This document shows, piece after piece, positions 49,001 to 62,277 of a DNA stretch of 64,000 bases. Position 1 is the stretch's first letter, and each line of letters opens with the position of its first letter. The stretch covers positions 1 to 64,000 of the forward strand of contig JAYWIR010000098.1 in the NCBI GenBank assembly GCA_036172245.1. The letters are read 5' to 3'. The notes beneath the pieces were generated by a model. That model was not told where the DNA came from. It saw only the letters and a list, made by a program, of their open reading frames with translations, and searched no databases. Source of the stretch: Raillietiella orientalis (Eukaryota). A program made the position numbers and the translations under genes.

Positions 49001-51631
49001 TTACGCACGCTTTCACCAAACCCGGCAGGCAGGAGGTTCATAGGGAACTCGTCGCAAAAATTCCGCACCCAGCGCTTGAAGCGGTCCCAGTCCTGAAGCG
49101 TCTGCAAGCTGAAACCTCGTACGAATCCGCGGAGATGCTCCGCGGCTTCCGAGAGTTTCAGCCAGTTCCCCGGTAGGCGCCACGCAGATGACGGCGGACC
49201 CCTATCGCGTGGGCGTACCTCGACTACCAACCGGTCATGGTCCGACAGTTCGGACGGTAAATTTCCGCGTCTGCCCACGCTTGAGCATAGGTGCTGCTCA
49301 AGAAACACTTGATCTATCCTGTTGGCCATTTCCGGATCTCCTGCGAACAAGTTGCAAGTGTGGACCTCTGCGCACAGCTCGTTCACGCGGTCCCGAAGTG
49401 TGTCGCACGCACCTGACAGCAGGCGCAGGTTACAGTCACCTGCGATTAGGTGCGCTTTGCGCAGTTCCGCTTACGTGCAGATATTCGCGCCTCAGGGTAA
49501 GGAAGAAATTTCTCCTTGCCTTTGCCCTTAGCGCGTCGCTGCTGCTTGGGGCGTACACGTTGGAAATGACCAGATCGATGGAGTCGGACCACCTGATGAT
49601 CAACTCCCTGAAGGGATGGGCACTATCGACCGTACGCCCTTTGTTGCAGCCTCAACAGCTGGACGAAGCAGGAACGCGACGCCGCAAGATTTAACGGTGC
49701 CGCAACGCCACAGCAGCCGTCCACCCGAGATACGCTTGATCTCCGTTGCTTGATTTGCAAAGATTACGTGGATCTCTTGCTGCAGCACCAGGTCGAACGA
49801 TGCCAGGGAGGAGGGAACGTCTCGTCTCTTGCCGTGGTCGCTTGGCCCGTTGACGTTCCAACAGGCAATTCGCAGACGGCGGCAAAAGGCGATTCCTATC
49901 AGTAAGGCTGGGAACGTGGCGTTGCAGCACCTGTCAACGGACAGGTGGGAGGGACGAGTAAGGGGATTGCGGTCATCTCAGGCACTTGAAGCACCTGGGA
50001 CACAGACTCTACTTTTTCCCTCCCTCCGGGGTCGCAGCGTGAGGTTACCTCTCGAAAAGAGTCCCCGAAGTTCCCCACTTTATTAGCACGCTCGCTGTCC
50101 TCAATTATTTCTACCTTTTCCACGGAAGGGATAATTTTGCGGGTAGGCTTCTTCGTGCGATTGGCTTTCGAGCGGGAGGCCGCGATGCCGCAGGCAGTGT
50201 TTTCCGCCTCTGCGTCAGAGTTCGGAATCTTCGACCTCTTGATCGAGGTCGGACGCCTTAAGGCCTTTTTCGCGGATTCAACGGGACGCTGCAAGGACAC
50301 AGCGAGCTCCTCCGCCGCTCGCTGCAAGGCTACGTCGTCGAGCATACGTTCGACGACGGAAGCCACCGCCGGGTCGATAGCTTCCGGCATGAATTTGCCG
50401 TTGGGCTGAAAGTCGACAGCGACGCGTGCATTTTTGCCGCTCTGTTCGACCGCAGGAATGCGCTTGCTGATGACACAGCAGCGTTTGACATTTTCGCAAC
50501 GCGGCAAATTCTCGCTGCGTTTCGCGACATTTTTCTTTGGTTTCTTGAGGATTTTCTGCCTCTTGGATTTTACTACCTGCCATCCAGGTTCCTGGCCGTT
50601 CCCCTCGACCTTGTCCGACTTTTCCAAGATCTCGGAGCTGACCTCCTCCTGGGGCACGATAGTTGTTTTTCGAGCGGCGGCTCTCTCTCGGGCTGCCGGA
50701 ACTCGTCTTTTTCTCGCCACGCGCTTCTTTGCATTCCATGGGGACGCAACGCGGACTTCATTTTGCGGGCACACTGGAAGAGTGTGTCCGGGTTGCTTGC
50801 ATTGCTTGCACTGAAAGTGGAAGCACCTTTTTTTCAGGTTACCTGAAGTGCTGCAATGCCCGCAGAAATGCGGCTTACCGACATACCAGATATCAACGGG
50901 TTCGCCGTTGACCTCAAGCTTGTTTGGTAGGGAGCAACCCTCGCAGACCGTGATGCGCGCGGAAGCCATACCGCAATTCAGAAGATCGTACTCCCAAAAC
51001 GGAGTCGGCCTTTTCCACAACGCGTGGACAGTTCCAAATTTAACTAGTTCCTTTCGGACAGCCTATTCGGCCATCCGGAAGGTGATTCCGAGGAGGTGGA
51101 TCACGACAGATCTATTCTCCGTGATGGGAAGGAGCCGGCGATCCCCTAAGGGAGCAGGTGTACGCAGCAGACGCTAAGCAACACTTGCTTTTTGCAAATC
51201 ACCTCAACGTTCTGTCCACCACTCCTGATGGTTATCGCCAAGAGCTCCTCCTCTGGTACTTTGAGGGAGTGCATCGCTTTCGAGAAAACGCGTGCACTCT
51301 CAAAGAAGTAAAGGTTGCCTACCTTGTAAAGTAGAGTAGGATTGTACCCCTCCTCCATGAAGGCTTTTAACTCAGCCGCAGTCGCTTGCGTTGGCGCCGC
51401 AGCTACGGAACTCCAGCTTTTCCCTAGCGAGGGAGTCGCTTCTTTGGTGGTGGTTGCCCCCACATCCATTGATTCAGGAGGCGACATAGACGTCGCTTCC
51501 TCCTTAACATTGGTGGTTGTCCTCGGCATTGCTGCCTAGACACCATTGAATTCACTGGCACACCAAGAAAAAAAATAAAAAAAATAAAACCACAAACTAT
51601 CAAGAGCGAAACAAAAACCCGTTCGCTCTTG
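46095..51631 (-). mobile_element. Full-length family A element (ORF1 from 51529, ORF2 ~49900-46320, disrupted) with probable CTCGA TSD
   Basis: Both termini present; CTCGA at 46090-46094 and 51632-51636; knuckles, CWNVNG, YAND. Confidence 0.88.
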
Positions 51632-51885
51632 CTCGAGGTCTGGGACGATCTGAAAAGATCGGTCCGCGAGTTCTGATGCCGGTTCCCCTTGCACCTGCTT
51701 CCATGCGGCTGCACGGAGGGTGTCGGGAACAGCAGAACCTTTCTGCAGGTGCGTACGTTTCCCCAATTCCCGAACGTCCGGCGTCTCGAGGAGTGCAAGG
51801 CCAGGGCCGAGCGCCAAGTTTGGCAGTCTAGAGCGGCTTGTCTGCTCCATGACGCTGGCCAATAATGCTCGGCTGCAGCCGACGT
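51632..51885 (+). pseudogene. ORF2 linker fragment
   Basis: WDDLKRSVREF...ARAERQVWQS...CSAAADV. Confidence 0.75.
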
Positions 51886-54050
51886 TTGTCAACCGGATAT
51901 GCCGGGGAATTTATTATTCTAATTAATATGAAATTAGTTAGTGATGTCTATTGATATGAGTTTGTAATAAAAATTCTTGGTTTTCCTACGCTGGCATCCG
52001 TGTCGAATGGCGGTGCCGAGACCGGTTCGGTCCATTTCCAAGGCGCGTGTAAAGGGAAAACTCAAACAAAAAGAAACAAAAAGAGAGATAACGGGGAGGG
52101 AAACAGTTATATGGGGAGAGGGGGGAGCAGGGCAGGGATTACTGGGCGCCTGGGTCGGTCCTCCGCATCCTGTTAAGGATGCAGTCAAGTTCGGTTTTTA
52201 TAGTGAAAGGTAGACGCCACCTTGTCGCCGTCTCTAAAGAGATCGTCGTCCAGTAAATGGCGTCCCTGCATCTTGGACCTCTACTTCTGGCGTGCCACCA
52301 TCGCACGATGCCGCGCACGCAGGAGAGAACTGCTAGAGATGCTGCGGGGCGCAGGCCGTCACGCAGAAAGAGGCGACGGTAAATGTCTTTAGGGTCGCCT
52401 ACTGGAAGATGGAGGATTGGGCGATTTGTCTCCAGACTCCAACCAGGGCGACACGCTCGAGAGCGAGATGCGAAAAGGCTTCTCTTTTACCGCACTCGAC
52501 ACAGCGGGCATCCATATTCCCCAGTGTCCAGTGAGACAGGCGTGCTGTGCTTAACAGTCCCAAGTGCAGAAATAGCAACGCCGTCTCCTGCCACTTCAAC
52601 GGAAGTTTGCCGCAATCCCAACACGCTGAAGGCCACTTTACCTCCTCCGGAGGTATTGCGAGCAGCTCTACCCAGCGCGCAAATCCGTGAGGCAGGACGC
52701 TCGTTGTGGCAGCGTCCGTTAGCTCTCCAGTCGTCCATGCCTTTAAAGGTTTTTTCCTGCCTCGGATGAGGCAGGACAATTCCCACGATGCCCGCTCGTT
52801 GCTGCTTCTAATGTTTTTCAGAAAGGACAGAACGGGGGCAAGGTGGGTAAAACAAGCCCACAGAAACTTCCGAGGCGTGTTGATAATCTCCTGCAGCGGC
52901 TGTCGAGCGTACGGTCTTCGACGTAACCTGTTGTGTTCCGCCTCTCTCGTGCCGTTGATCTCCGCCCTCGCGGAGGTTGACTCCTCACGCCAGGCAGTGC
53001 AATTCGCGGGTAGGTAGGAGATCCATGTATTCTCTTTAATAAGTGAGACCATCCGACGCAAATGGAAGCCAGACTTGTTGCAGGGGCTGCGCTGGTAAGC
53101 CACGAGGAGCGAGGGCAATCCCTCGCAGCCGGTCGCTCTTCTGGCATGGAGACGAGTCGGTACGCATCATGGCGTCATCCATTAGTTAGCCGCTAGGACT
53201 AGCTTCCGTATTGTTGTTTGTAGTTGGATGCGCTCCAACGTAAGGTGGCCCAAGCCATCATCCCTGCATGGAGCGCACAAGTCTTTCAATCGGACTCGCA
53301 ACCTCGCTGTGCCTCAAAGGGCTTTCTACAAGAGATCTTTCTTCCGTGTCTGTATGATGGGAGGTATGGAGCATACAAAAAGTAGAAGGCGGAGAAGAAG
53401 AGCCGCAAAAGCTTTCCACACCGCGGCCCGTTCCTGCAAGTAAAACTTGCCGTCCCGGACCGGGCCGATCGAAAACTCCACCTTTTGGATACGGTCGGAC
53501 CAGGCTTCGGCAACATAGAAGTTTCCCAACGAAACGCCAAAGTACTTCAAGCACCTCCTCTTGATGATCCTGGAGCGGATCCAGTCCGGCCGTCCAATTT
53601 AACGCCGTATTTTCAAAAAGCAGTGGTGATGTCGAAAGAATCAAGGATTTCTCTCTGTTTACTTCGAGGACCGTCCTGCGGCGCAGCAACTCAAAGAAAC
53701 CTTCGAACGCCGACGCCAAGGTGGACCCTAGGAGCAGGAGCAGATGGTCGTAGGCGTAGGCCGACACGGCAGTCGTGCCGGGACAAAAGGTTGGCACGGT
53801 TGCCAGAGTCTCCCTGTGTGCCCTCAGCACTCGCAGCAAGTGAATGCTGAAGAGCAAGGCGCTCAGACTGTCACTCTGGGGGATGCCACGCCGAACCGGC
53901 ACGCCGTACACGTGCCGGCCGCTAAAAGTGATGTTTATCACAACGAAGCGCCAGTAGGAGCGCAAGTCAGCCCGTAAGACGGCCGGAAATTCCAAGCGTT
54001 CCAGGTGCTCCAGGAGGAGTTCTTGGTCGACGCAGTCGAACTATTTACGC
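51886..54050 (-). mobile_element. Family A ORF2 3' half plus 3' UTR, related to 25546-27764
   Basis: FDCVDQ, PPEEVKWP, CVEC...H; AATAAA 51910-51915 plus hairpin. Confidence 0.85.
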
Positions 54051-54054
54051 CGGT

Positions 54055-55977
54055 TACAGAGGACGTGTTTCATCGCTGGTCCTTATGTCGGGATTGTCCC
54101 TAGGTGTAGACTTCGTGTGTGGTGGTGGTCGATCAGACAGCAATGCCTGACCTGTACCACCAGTGCGTGTCAGGGGACGGTGGCAACGTCGCCTCTAGAG
54201 AAGTTGGAGTGCAAGAAGGCGGCGGCAACGTCGCCTTTAGTGGCGAAGGAGGTAGTGGCGTCCGTCCCCACACAACTGATCCCCACTGCAGCGCGGACGT
54301 AAAGCGCCGTCGTCTCGGAGCCATCGCCTGCAGCAGCGGCGGAATTATCCGCCTATGTGGAAGAGGGGTACAACCCATCGCTTTTCTACAAGGTAGGAAA
54401 TTTGTATTCTTCTGAGAGTGCGCGCACCTTTTCGAAGATGTGCGCTCTTGATGTAAAAGAGGAGGAGCTCTGCGCTATGACCATTCGTAGCGGGGGGCAG
54501 TACGTAGAGGTGATCTGCAAACATGCAGATCTGGCCCAACATCTGCTCAAAACCCCCGTGGTGACGGAGACACGCAGGCTTCTTCCCATTACGGCGGACC
54601 ACAGTATGGTGATCCACCTTTTAGGAGTTACCGCGCGGATGCGGAAAGAACAGTTACCCTCCGCGTTGGGAAAAGAAAGCACGGTGCATGCGGTATGGAC
54701 CAAGCCTAGTACTTCCAAGGAGTATACCATAGTTCAGTGCGGCCTCCGTGCTTCCCGTAAAACCGTTCGGTAGGGCTCTACCCATCCTTACAAACTGGTG
54801 GTCGGCGGAGAAAGCGTCGACCTCTGGTACATAGGGAAGCCCAAATACTGTGGCTTCTGCAACACGTCGGGACACCTCAGAAGCAGGAGCCCTAACGTAC
54901 AGTGTTAGGTATGCGAGACAATGGGCCAAACGAAGGAAGTGTGTCCGCAATCCGCTGTGCGCGTGGTTTCCGCGAGGAACCTAAAAGAACCCGCGGGGCT
55001 GCTACAGAAAAGGCTGGCGGAGAAGGCTGCCGCTCAAGCTGTGCCACCCACACCCGTGATCCAGGCAGCAGCCGACACCTTGGCAACGAATGCTGAAAAG
55101 ATCGACAGAAGCGGTCAGGTGTCGGAGTGGCAAGAAGCCACAGCGAAAAAGCAAAAGTAGAAGATAGAACGACGAATTGAAAAAAAGCTCGCCTACCAAA
55201 ATAACAAACAGCAGGTTAGCGAGAATTTAAAAGAATGCAGCGTCGTCTTGGAACGCGTTTTCGCCGAACGCTCCAAGGTAGAAATCGATGCAACCTACGA
55301 GCAACTCACTGTTGAAAATGTCAACAGCGTGGGGAGCGAACCGGCGGAAGCTTCCGTCATCAAGACCGTCAGCAATGACGCCGCCTTCGAGCGTGCGGCG
55401 GAGGAACTGGCTGCATCGTTGCAGCCAGACCCCTCCAAGGCTAGCAAAAAGGCAGTGAGGCGTCCGGCCTCCACCGAGGAGTCGGTAACTTCCGACTCCG
55501 AAGCGCAGGCCGGAAACGGAGTTTCCATCTCCGCGGCACCCCGCCGGAAGGCTGGAAAGAAGTCCAGCAAACCTCGGAAAGCCCCTCTCCAGGCCGAAGG
55601 CGTGGAGATGACTTCCGACTGCGAGGCTGCCATGAGCGTGGGAGAATCCCGGGACTCGTCACCCAAAAGACCACTACGCACAGAGACGGAGGAGATGAAG
55701 GAAGTTGAAGCCGGAATGGTACTTGAGGTGCCTGAGAAGGGCGAAACCATAATAATCATCTCACTTGCCTCTTCCGAGGCGTATTCTTCTACACCGTCAT
55801 CTTCCCGGCAGCAATGTTTGGAATGTCCTCCCGCCGTCGTCTGTGTATCTTTGTAAGGAACGTAAACGGCATGACAGAAGCAGGCTGGAGACGAGACATG
55901 GCCGCCATTCTAGGAACGTTCGACCTTGTGCTGCTGCAGGAGATGCATGTGATCTCTGCAGAACAAGCGCAGGAGAT
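54055..55977 (+). mobile_element. Family A element, 5' part: 5' UTR, ORF1 (to 55856), start of APE
   Basis: AGAGGACGTGTTTC; EEGYNPSLFYKVGN (same subfamily as the ORF1 at 51529); LLQEMH. Confidence 0.85.
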
Positions 55978-58900
55978 TTTTCACCCGGTCACGCCTGGGC
56001 GTTTATTTCATATAAATACAGCATAAATAAATATATAAAATAAACCAGTTGCGGACCATGCCTTCAACCAACGACGGCACAAGTATCAAGAGAACATTCC
56101 CACAAACCGTTCAGTGTAATTCTGGATCGCTGGCCAGAATTACACAGAACGGTTTGTGGGAAACGGGAAAACATACAAACAAAAACAAAAGAAAAAGAAA
56201 TCAACGGGGGACGCAGGGACAAGGGTCTTTGGAATCGCTCTGGTTCTCTCCGGCATAATAGTGATGGCACCGGTATTTTAGCAGAGCGAGCGGGGAAGGG
56301 GTATGACTGGGCTTGAGGACGTAGTTCTCACCGGATTAAGCCGTTTCTAAAAGTCTGTAAATCGGCGGTGGATGACGGCGATGTCCTGTTTGACGTCGTC
56401 ACGAAGATTTCCATGGATTCTGCTGCAAACCGGTGAGCCTCCCTTCGCTGCGCTGACAACTCCAGGGCGTAGCGGGCCTTCACGATGGCGCGAATGCAAA
56501 ACATGGTTGCGAAAATCGCGCCTACCGAAAATCGATTTCTGCTGAAGAAGCGCTGCAGCAAATCAATGGCAGTGCCTCCGTGCGGCAGGATGGCTGAAAT
56601 AGGCCTTGGCCACAGTTCACAAAGGTTATTGCAGTACATCAAGAGGTGCGGAAAAGACTCGATCTCACCGCACCTCTAACAGTTTGGCGCAGCAGCTCCC
56701 CCGGAAACGATGCTTCCCTGCCGATTACAGTGGAAACTCCAGTGTGAAAAGAGCAGCACATCTTGTTCCCACTTTTAGAAGAACACAAAGCTGTCCAAAC
56801 AAACGGAAGGAACCACTATCTCTTCGCGGGCTACAATTAAATATTCACTACACCGAAGCAGACCCTTCACCCGATTACGAGAAGTGGCAGTTTCCACCAG
56901 CTCCTTTGTCGTCCAGCAGCCGAGAAACATACTGACTCCCGCTATAAAGCAGGAGAACTCCCATTTCGCCGGGAAGCAACTGTCCTTGCTTGCCCTGAGT
57001 GCAGACAGCGCTGCAGCGAGCAATGAGGCGGCCAGACGATTCGACATCTTCTTGTCCTGCATGACTTCGTCCATTGGATGACTGAGGAGAAGTCGCAGGC
57101 ACCGAAGATCTTCCGGGCGCGTTCCTTCGGAAGCTGCCCACGATGAAAAAGATTCCTTTCGCCATGCATCAATGTTCATAAGGCGGCAGGAGATCCAACA
57201 TTGGGCTTCCAGCAGTGAGGAAAAATGCCTCAGCGGGAAGCCAAACCCTATTCTGGTGGGCCGAAAGTGGGGTAGCAACGATAGCAGTCCCTCGCTTCCC
57301 GTGCAGCGCCTCAGTATAATTCGTGCGGGTAAGCACCACGGCGTACACCACAGCTTGCCACAGAGCAGCAGCATTCGAAACTCCACCTGCAGCTCAATGC
57401 TTTTCAATTTTAGGATGCCCATGCCTGCATCCTGACGCGGCGCCACCAAGTCTTTAAGTCTTACGCGGGATCTTGCAGCGCATTACAACGTTTTCCGTAG
57501 AAGGCGCTGAGCCCAGACTTTGACTTCCTGGAAGTGTGCACAAACAAAAAACAGAGGGCGGAGAAGGGGGGCAACGAAGTTGTTCCAGAAGCTGGCCCGT
57601 TCCGGCAAGACTAACTCGCCTAGTGAGAACGGGCCAAGTGCACGCTCTGCCTTCCTAAGGCAGTCCGACCAGGCTCCTGAGATGCAGAAATCGTCCAACA
57701 GCACGCCAAGGTAACTTACGTACCTGCTCTTGGGGATCCTTAGGCGGATTCAGTCGGACTGCCCCTCCCACGTCGCTCCAACTGGAACAATTATGCTCTT
57801 GCTCCTGTTGACGCTCATGCCCGCACCGCGACGAATCAACTCAAAGAAGTTTTCAGGCGATGTCGCCGGGGTGCACTTGGGCAACAGGAGAAGCAGGTCG
57901 TCGGCATAGGCTGCCACGGCCGGAGTACCAGGACAGTAGCTCGGCAGGTTGGCTAGCGTCAGCCTGTAAGCTTCCAGCACCATTTCAAAATAGATGCTAA
58001 AGAGCAGCGGAATTAAGCTATCGTCCTGCCTAATTCCTCGCCTAACCGGCAAGCCGTACACGTGACAGCCACCGAAAACAATAGATGTAATCGCGTGGCG
58101 CCAGCAGGAGCAAAAGTACGCCAACAGGGATGCCGGGAGGTCTAGACGTTCCAAGACATCAAGAAGAAGCTTTTGGTTCACGCAATCGAAAGCTTTGTGC
58201 AAATCGACTGCTATCGCCATGGCTCCCGGGGTTTGTCTTTGCGACCCGCGCCTCCGTCGGTGAGAGTTCGAAGGCGTCGCTTCCGCACGACGATCCATTG
58301 CCACGCGATGCTGGAATTGCAGCCATGTTCGGATGAATAAGAGGTTCGCGTCCATGGACTGCCCAGGAACAGCGTAGGTCTGCTCCGACTTACCGAAGAC
58401 TCCGCGATCCTCCCCATCCGCGCCACCCAGAGTTTCGAGAACAACTTGACGTCCGAATTCACTTAAGTGATCGGACGCCAATTGTTCAGTTGCCGCAAAT
58501 CTCCTCCTTCCGGCAGGAGACGCACCTTCTCTGAGCGAAACCAGGCGGGGACATCGCCCGGTGGCTCGCATCAGCGACGAGAGTTGAAGCACCAGGGGGA
58601 TGAGCTCCGCCGCAAAGCACTTGGAAATTCTGCAGGGAGTCCATTTTCGCCTGGCGCTTTTCGTCTCTTGAGCCGCGAGATAGCCGAAGAAATTTCCTCT
58701 GCCGTGAATGGCTCATCGAGACGCGCGCGTTGCTCCTTGTCTACAACACGTCCATCAGTCCGCAGAAGCAGCTTAAAGAAAATGCGTTCCGTTGGTGCCT
58801 TTGCATAAAGAGAAGATTTATAGCTTCTGATTATCCGTCGCACGTCAACTGGAGCCGAGCATTCCCGGTCCTGGTCGTCGAGCAGAATTGTCGCTCCAGA

Positions 58901-59935
58901 CTGTCAGACCTGGCGCTCAGGCTTGGCCTTGTACTCGGATAATCGACCAGCGTCCGCGCGCCTTGTGTAAGAGCGGGCCTGCAGAAAATGTCTGCTGTTG
59001 GCTACACCATCTATGAAGCCGCGCGGAAGCTCGTGCAAGGGAAACCGGCAGCAAAACTCGCGGACCGATCTTTTCAGATCGTTCCAGTCAGCAAGCTCAC
59101 TTATGGCGAAGCCGCAAAGGTACTGGCAAAGATGCTTCGCCGCCTCCGAGTGATCTAGTCTGTCTGCCGGCTTCCTGCTAGCACAGTTTGGAGGTTCCTT
59201 GCCAGGCGGGAGCAACTCGAACTCGAGCCTGTTGTGGTCTGAATGTACGGACGGCATGGGACCTCTCCGACCCACTCGAGAGAGCAAGTGTTCATCGAGG
59301 AATACATGGTCCGGTGATGTCGCCATGACAGGGTCGTTGGCGAACAAGTTGCATGCGTGCACGGATGAGTACATCTCTTCCACTAGCAACTTTTCTCTTT
59401 TGTGTGCGCTTTCTCGGAAGCAGGTGCACGTTAAAGTCCTCCGCAATGAGATGCGCCACAGTAGGGTGAGAACGAGTTAGCTACTGGCTCTGCACGATAC
59501 CGAAGAACTCAATCCTTTCGGCTAATCGTCCAGCACCGCTCCGCGCGTACACGTTCGTTACGATAAAGTCGATCGAGTCGGACCACTTGAGTACAACCTG
59601 TCCCACACGGCCTTCCGTGTCGAAACGAACGCCGCGCACCGCTCCTGCCAAAGTTCCTTGTACGAAGAAAGCGACGCCGCACGTACGTGTAACGCCGCAC
59701 CTATAAAGTAGCGTTCCGCACGCACGCCGTTCGATTTCGCAGCCTGGTCATCCGAGATGCTGTGAACCTCCTGCAGGAGCGTCAAGTCGAAAGCGCGCAG
59801 AGCGTTAGCTACTAGTCGCCTCTTCTCGTCTTGTTCGAGCTTGTTGACGCTCCAGCACGCCATGACTACACGACGAGAAGACGCGATTGCCCTGATGAGG
59901 GCTGGGAAAACGACGCCGTGGTGCTCACCTCACCC
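55978..59935 (-). mobile_element. Family A element, 3' part: ORF1 end, disrupted ORF2, 3' UTR
   Basis: CWSVN, SDH, YADD (~57900), AATAAA 56002-56007 plus hairpin. Confidence 0.88.
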
Positions 59936-59952
59936 GGCGAGCGGGCGGTAAG

Positions 59953-60068
59953 CGATGCCAAGGGTCGTGCCCGCGGCGGGGAAGGTCGCGCCTGCGGCGG
60001 CGATGCCGAGGGTGCCGCCCGCGGCGGCAACGGTGGCGACGTCGAGGGTTGCGCTCGCGGCGGCGGCG
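59953..60068 (+). repeat. Three degenerate MPRV.PAA coding repeats at the family B ORF1 N-terminus
   Basis: GATGCCAAGGGT, GATGCCGAGGGT, GACGTCGAGGGT, each followed by CGCGGCGG. Confidence 0.65.
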
Positions 60069-62277
60069 TCCCAGGCAGGACCCGCGGGCGCCCACGCGGT
60101 ACAGGGCGTGACGCCATCTTGTTCGGCTGCGGCGGCGCAGCCCTTTTCGTATGCGTCGGTGGCGGCTGGACAAGCGAGTGTCCACCCGATAAGGAAATTT
60201 GGAAAGCCGCTATGTATATTGTATCTGTCCCTTGATAAAACAGATATCAATTTTGATCGCATACAGGCGATTATACCAAGTAGCAACGGTTTCACAGTAT
60301 CTACAGACTGTGAAAACATAAGAGAGAGATTGATCCAGAAGGGGATCAATATTCAAGGAAGGATGGTTTGCGGTATTGGCGAGATGTCATACACCACCGT
60401 CTTCTTAAACGGCGTTTCCATCCTCACACCGCAGCTAACGGTGTGGAGCTTTTTGGAGCAGTTTGGGGAGGTTGTTGACCTTGAATTCCAGAACTTTTCT
60501 GGAAATATATCTTCCGGCGACATGATCCCCAAGATGAAGATGAAGGAGGGAGCTGTTATACCTGAGTTGGGATTCACTGACGAACAATCCGAGGGAGTGA
60601 ACGTGCGCTACCGGCAACAACCGGTATTCTGCACCGGGTGCAAGCAGTTCGGCCACGAACCGGCACTTGCCCTACATGCCGTTGCTCCCGCTGCGGCAAA
60701 ATAGAACATCAAGTCCGAAACTGCCCGCAACCGGAGGTGTGCTCCTTCTGCAGGAAACACGGATATGCTAAATGGAGCTGTACGGAATTCGCCAATTGCA
60801 GAAGGAATTGAAAAACTCACTCCCGTGAGAGAAAGAAACATCAAGGAGACCGAACAGCTTCAGAAGTTGTCAAAAAGGCCAAAGAAGGTGGAGGAAGCCG
60901 TCCAGGTATCGACGGACGGCTTCATTAAGGAAATAAAGAAAGGAAAGAGGAGGAAACTCGTAAAGGAGCAAGAAACCCTTGTTATCCTAGAAGGAGGAGC
61001 GCAGGAAGTCGAAAAGATGGAGGTAGCGCAGGAAGGCGTGAAACAAGGATACCAGGAAGCCACTCCAGTTTCGCAGGAGGCCCTGCAGTCAACGGAGGAG
61101 TTGGCAACACTAGCGGACGAAGTGATGGAGGCTCGAAGCGGACCTCAGCAAGAGAGAATCTTTCATAAGATCTGCAATGCACAGGAAAAGGTGAACCAGG
61201 TTGTGGAGGTCACCGAGCGCGAGACACTAGAAGAACAGCTTTTCGACGTAAAGGCGAACTTCTGCGCCAAGGTCGAGATAGAAGCGCTATCTCCCAAACT
61301 GATCGCGCGTGCCGAACACTCTACGGAGGAGGCGGAAGTAACCGACCTCACCGGAACGGAGAGTGACGCCGGCAGCGAGAAGCCCGCTGCTCCTTCATCG
61401 TCTGGAACAGCACGCCCTACCAGAGAGAAGAAGCTCAGGAAGGCCAACAAATAGGTCTTCCCCTTTTATGGCATCTTCCCTATGGACCGCCAGGAGGCTG
61501 TACATCGCCTCCTGGAATGTAAACAATGTGGTCGACCAGTGAAAAAAAAAAAGGATTGTGCGGACCACCGTACAACAAGAGATAGTGTGCCTACAGGAGA
61601 CCCACAAGATGGGTCTCGATATTAGTGAGCAAATGGAACGGCGATTCAACGAGCAGATGTTCGTCAGCGAGGGACAACGGAACACGCAGGGTGTGTTGGT
61701 TCTAATCAAGAACCACTTCGGCCCCACTATTCTGGAAGTGTGCTGTCCCCAACGCGGACGATTGATCGGCGTGCGACTGACCTGGTCCGCTACTGTTCAC
61801 CTCATCCTGGTCAACGTGTACGGGCCGCACAGGCTCAAACAGCGTTGTGCGGAGGCGCTGCATGCCGCACTTGGAGAAAAGGTCGCCCCCTGGGACGTCG
61901 TGATTGTTGCTGGCGATCTCAACATATTGGATGAGATCACTCATTCCCAAGAAGCCAGAGGAAGGACGGCGTATCGGCGGCCATCCGACGAGATCGGACT
62001 GGTGTGGCGAACTGCAAGTCACAAGCCGATCGATCACGTCCTGCACAGCACCGAACTAGATTATCGCATTTAGGCTTTCCGAGACACATTGATTTCTCTG
62101 TCCGATCACCCGTTGGTGCGGTTTTCCCTAAGAACGGAGAATCCTCGGCGGAGGCAAGGCACCAGAGCGGCGCTCATCAGCATACCCGCCTGCTTCGAAA
62201 CCCATCCCGGACATCAGGCTGTTTTGGAGACGATTTTGAAGTCAACAAGAATCCGAAGAGTCGCCGACTAGGACTAC

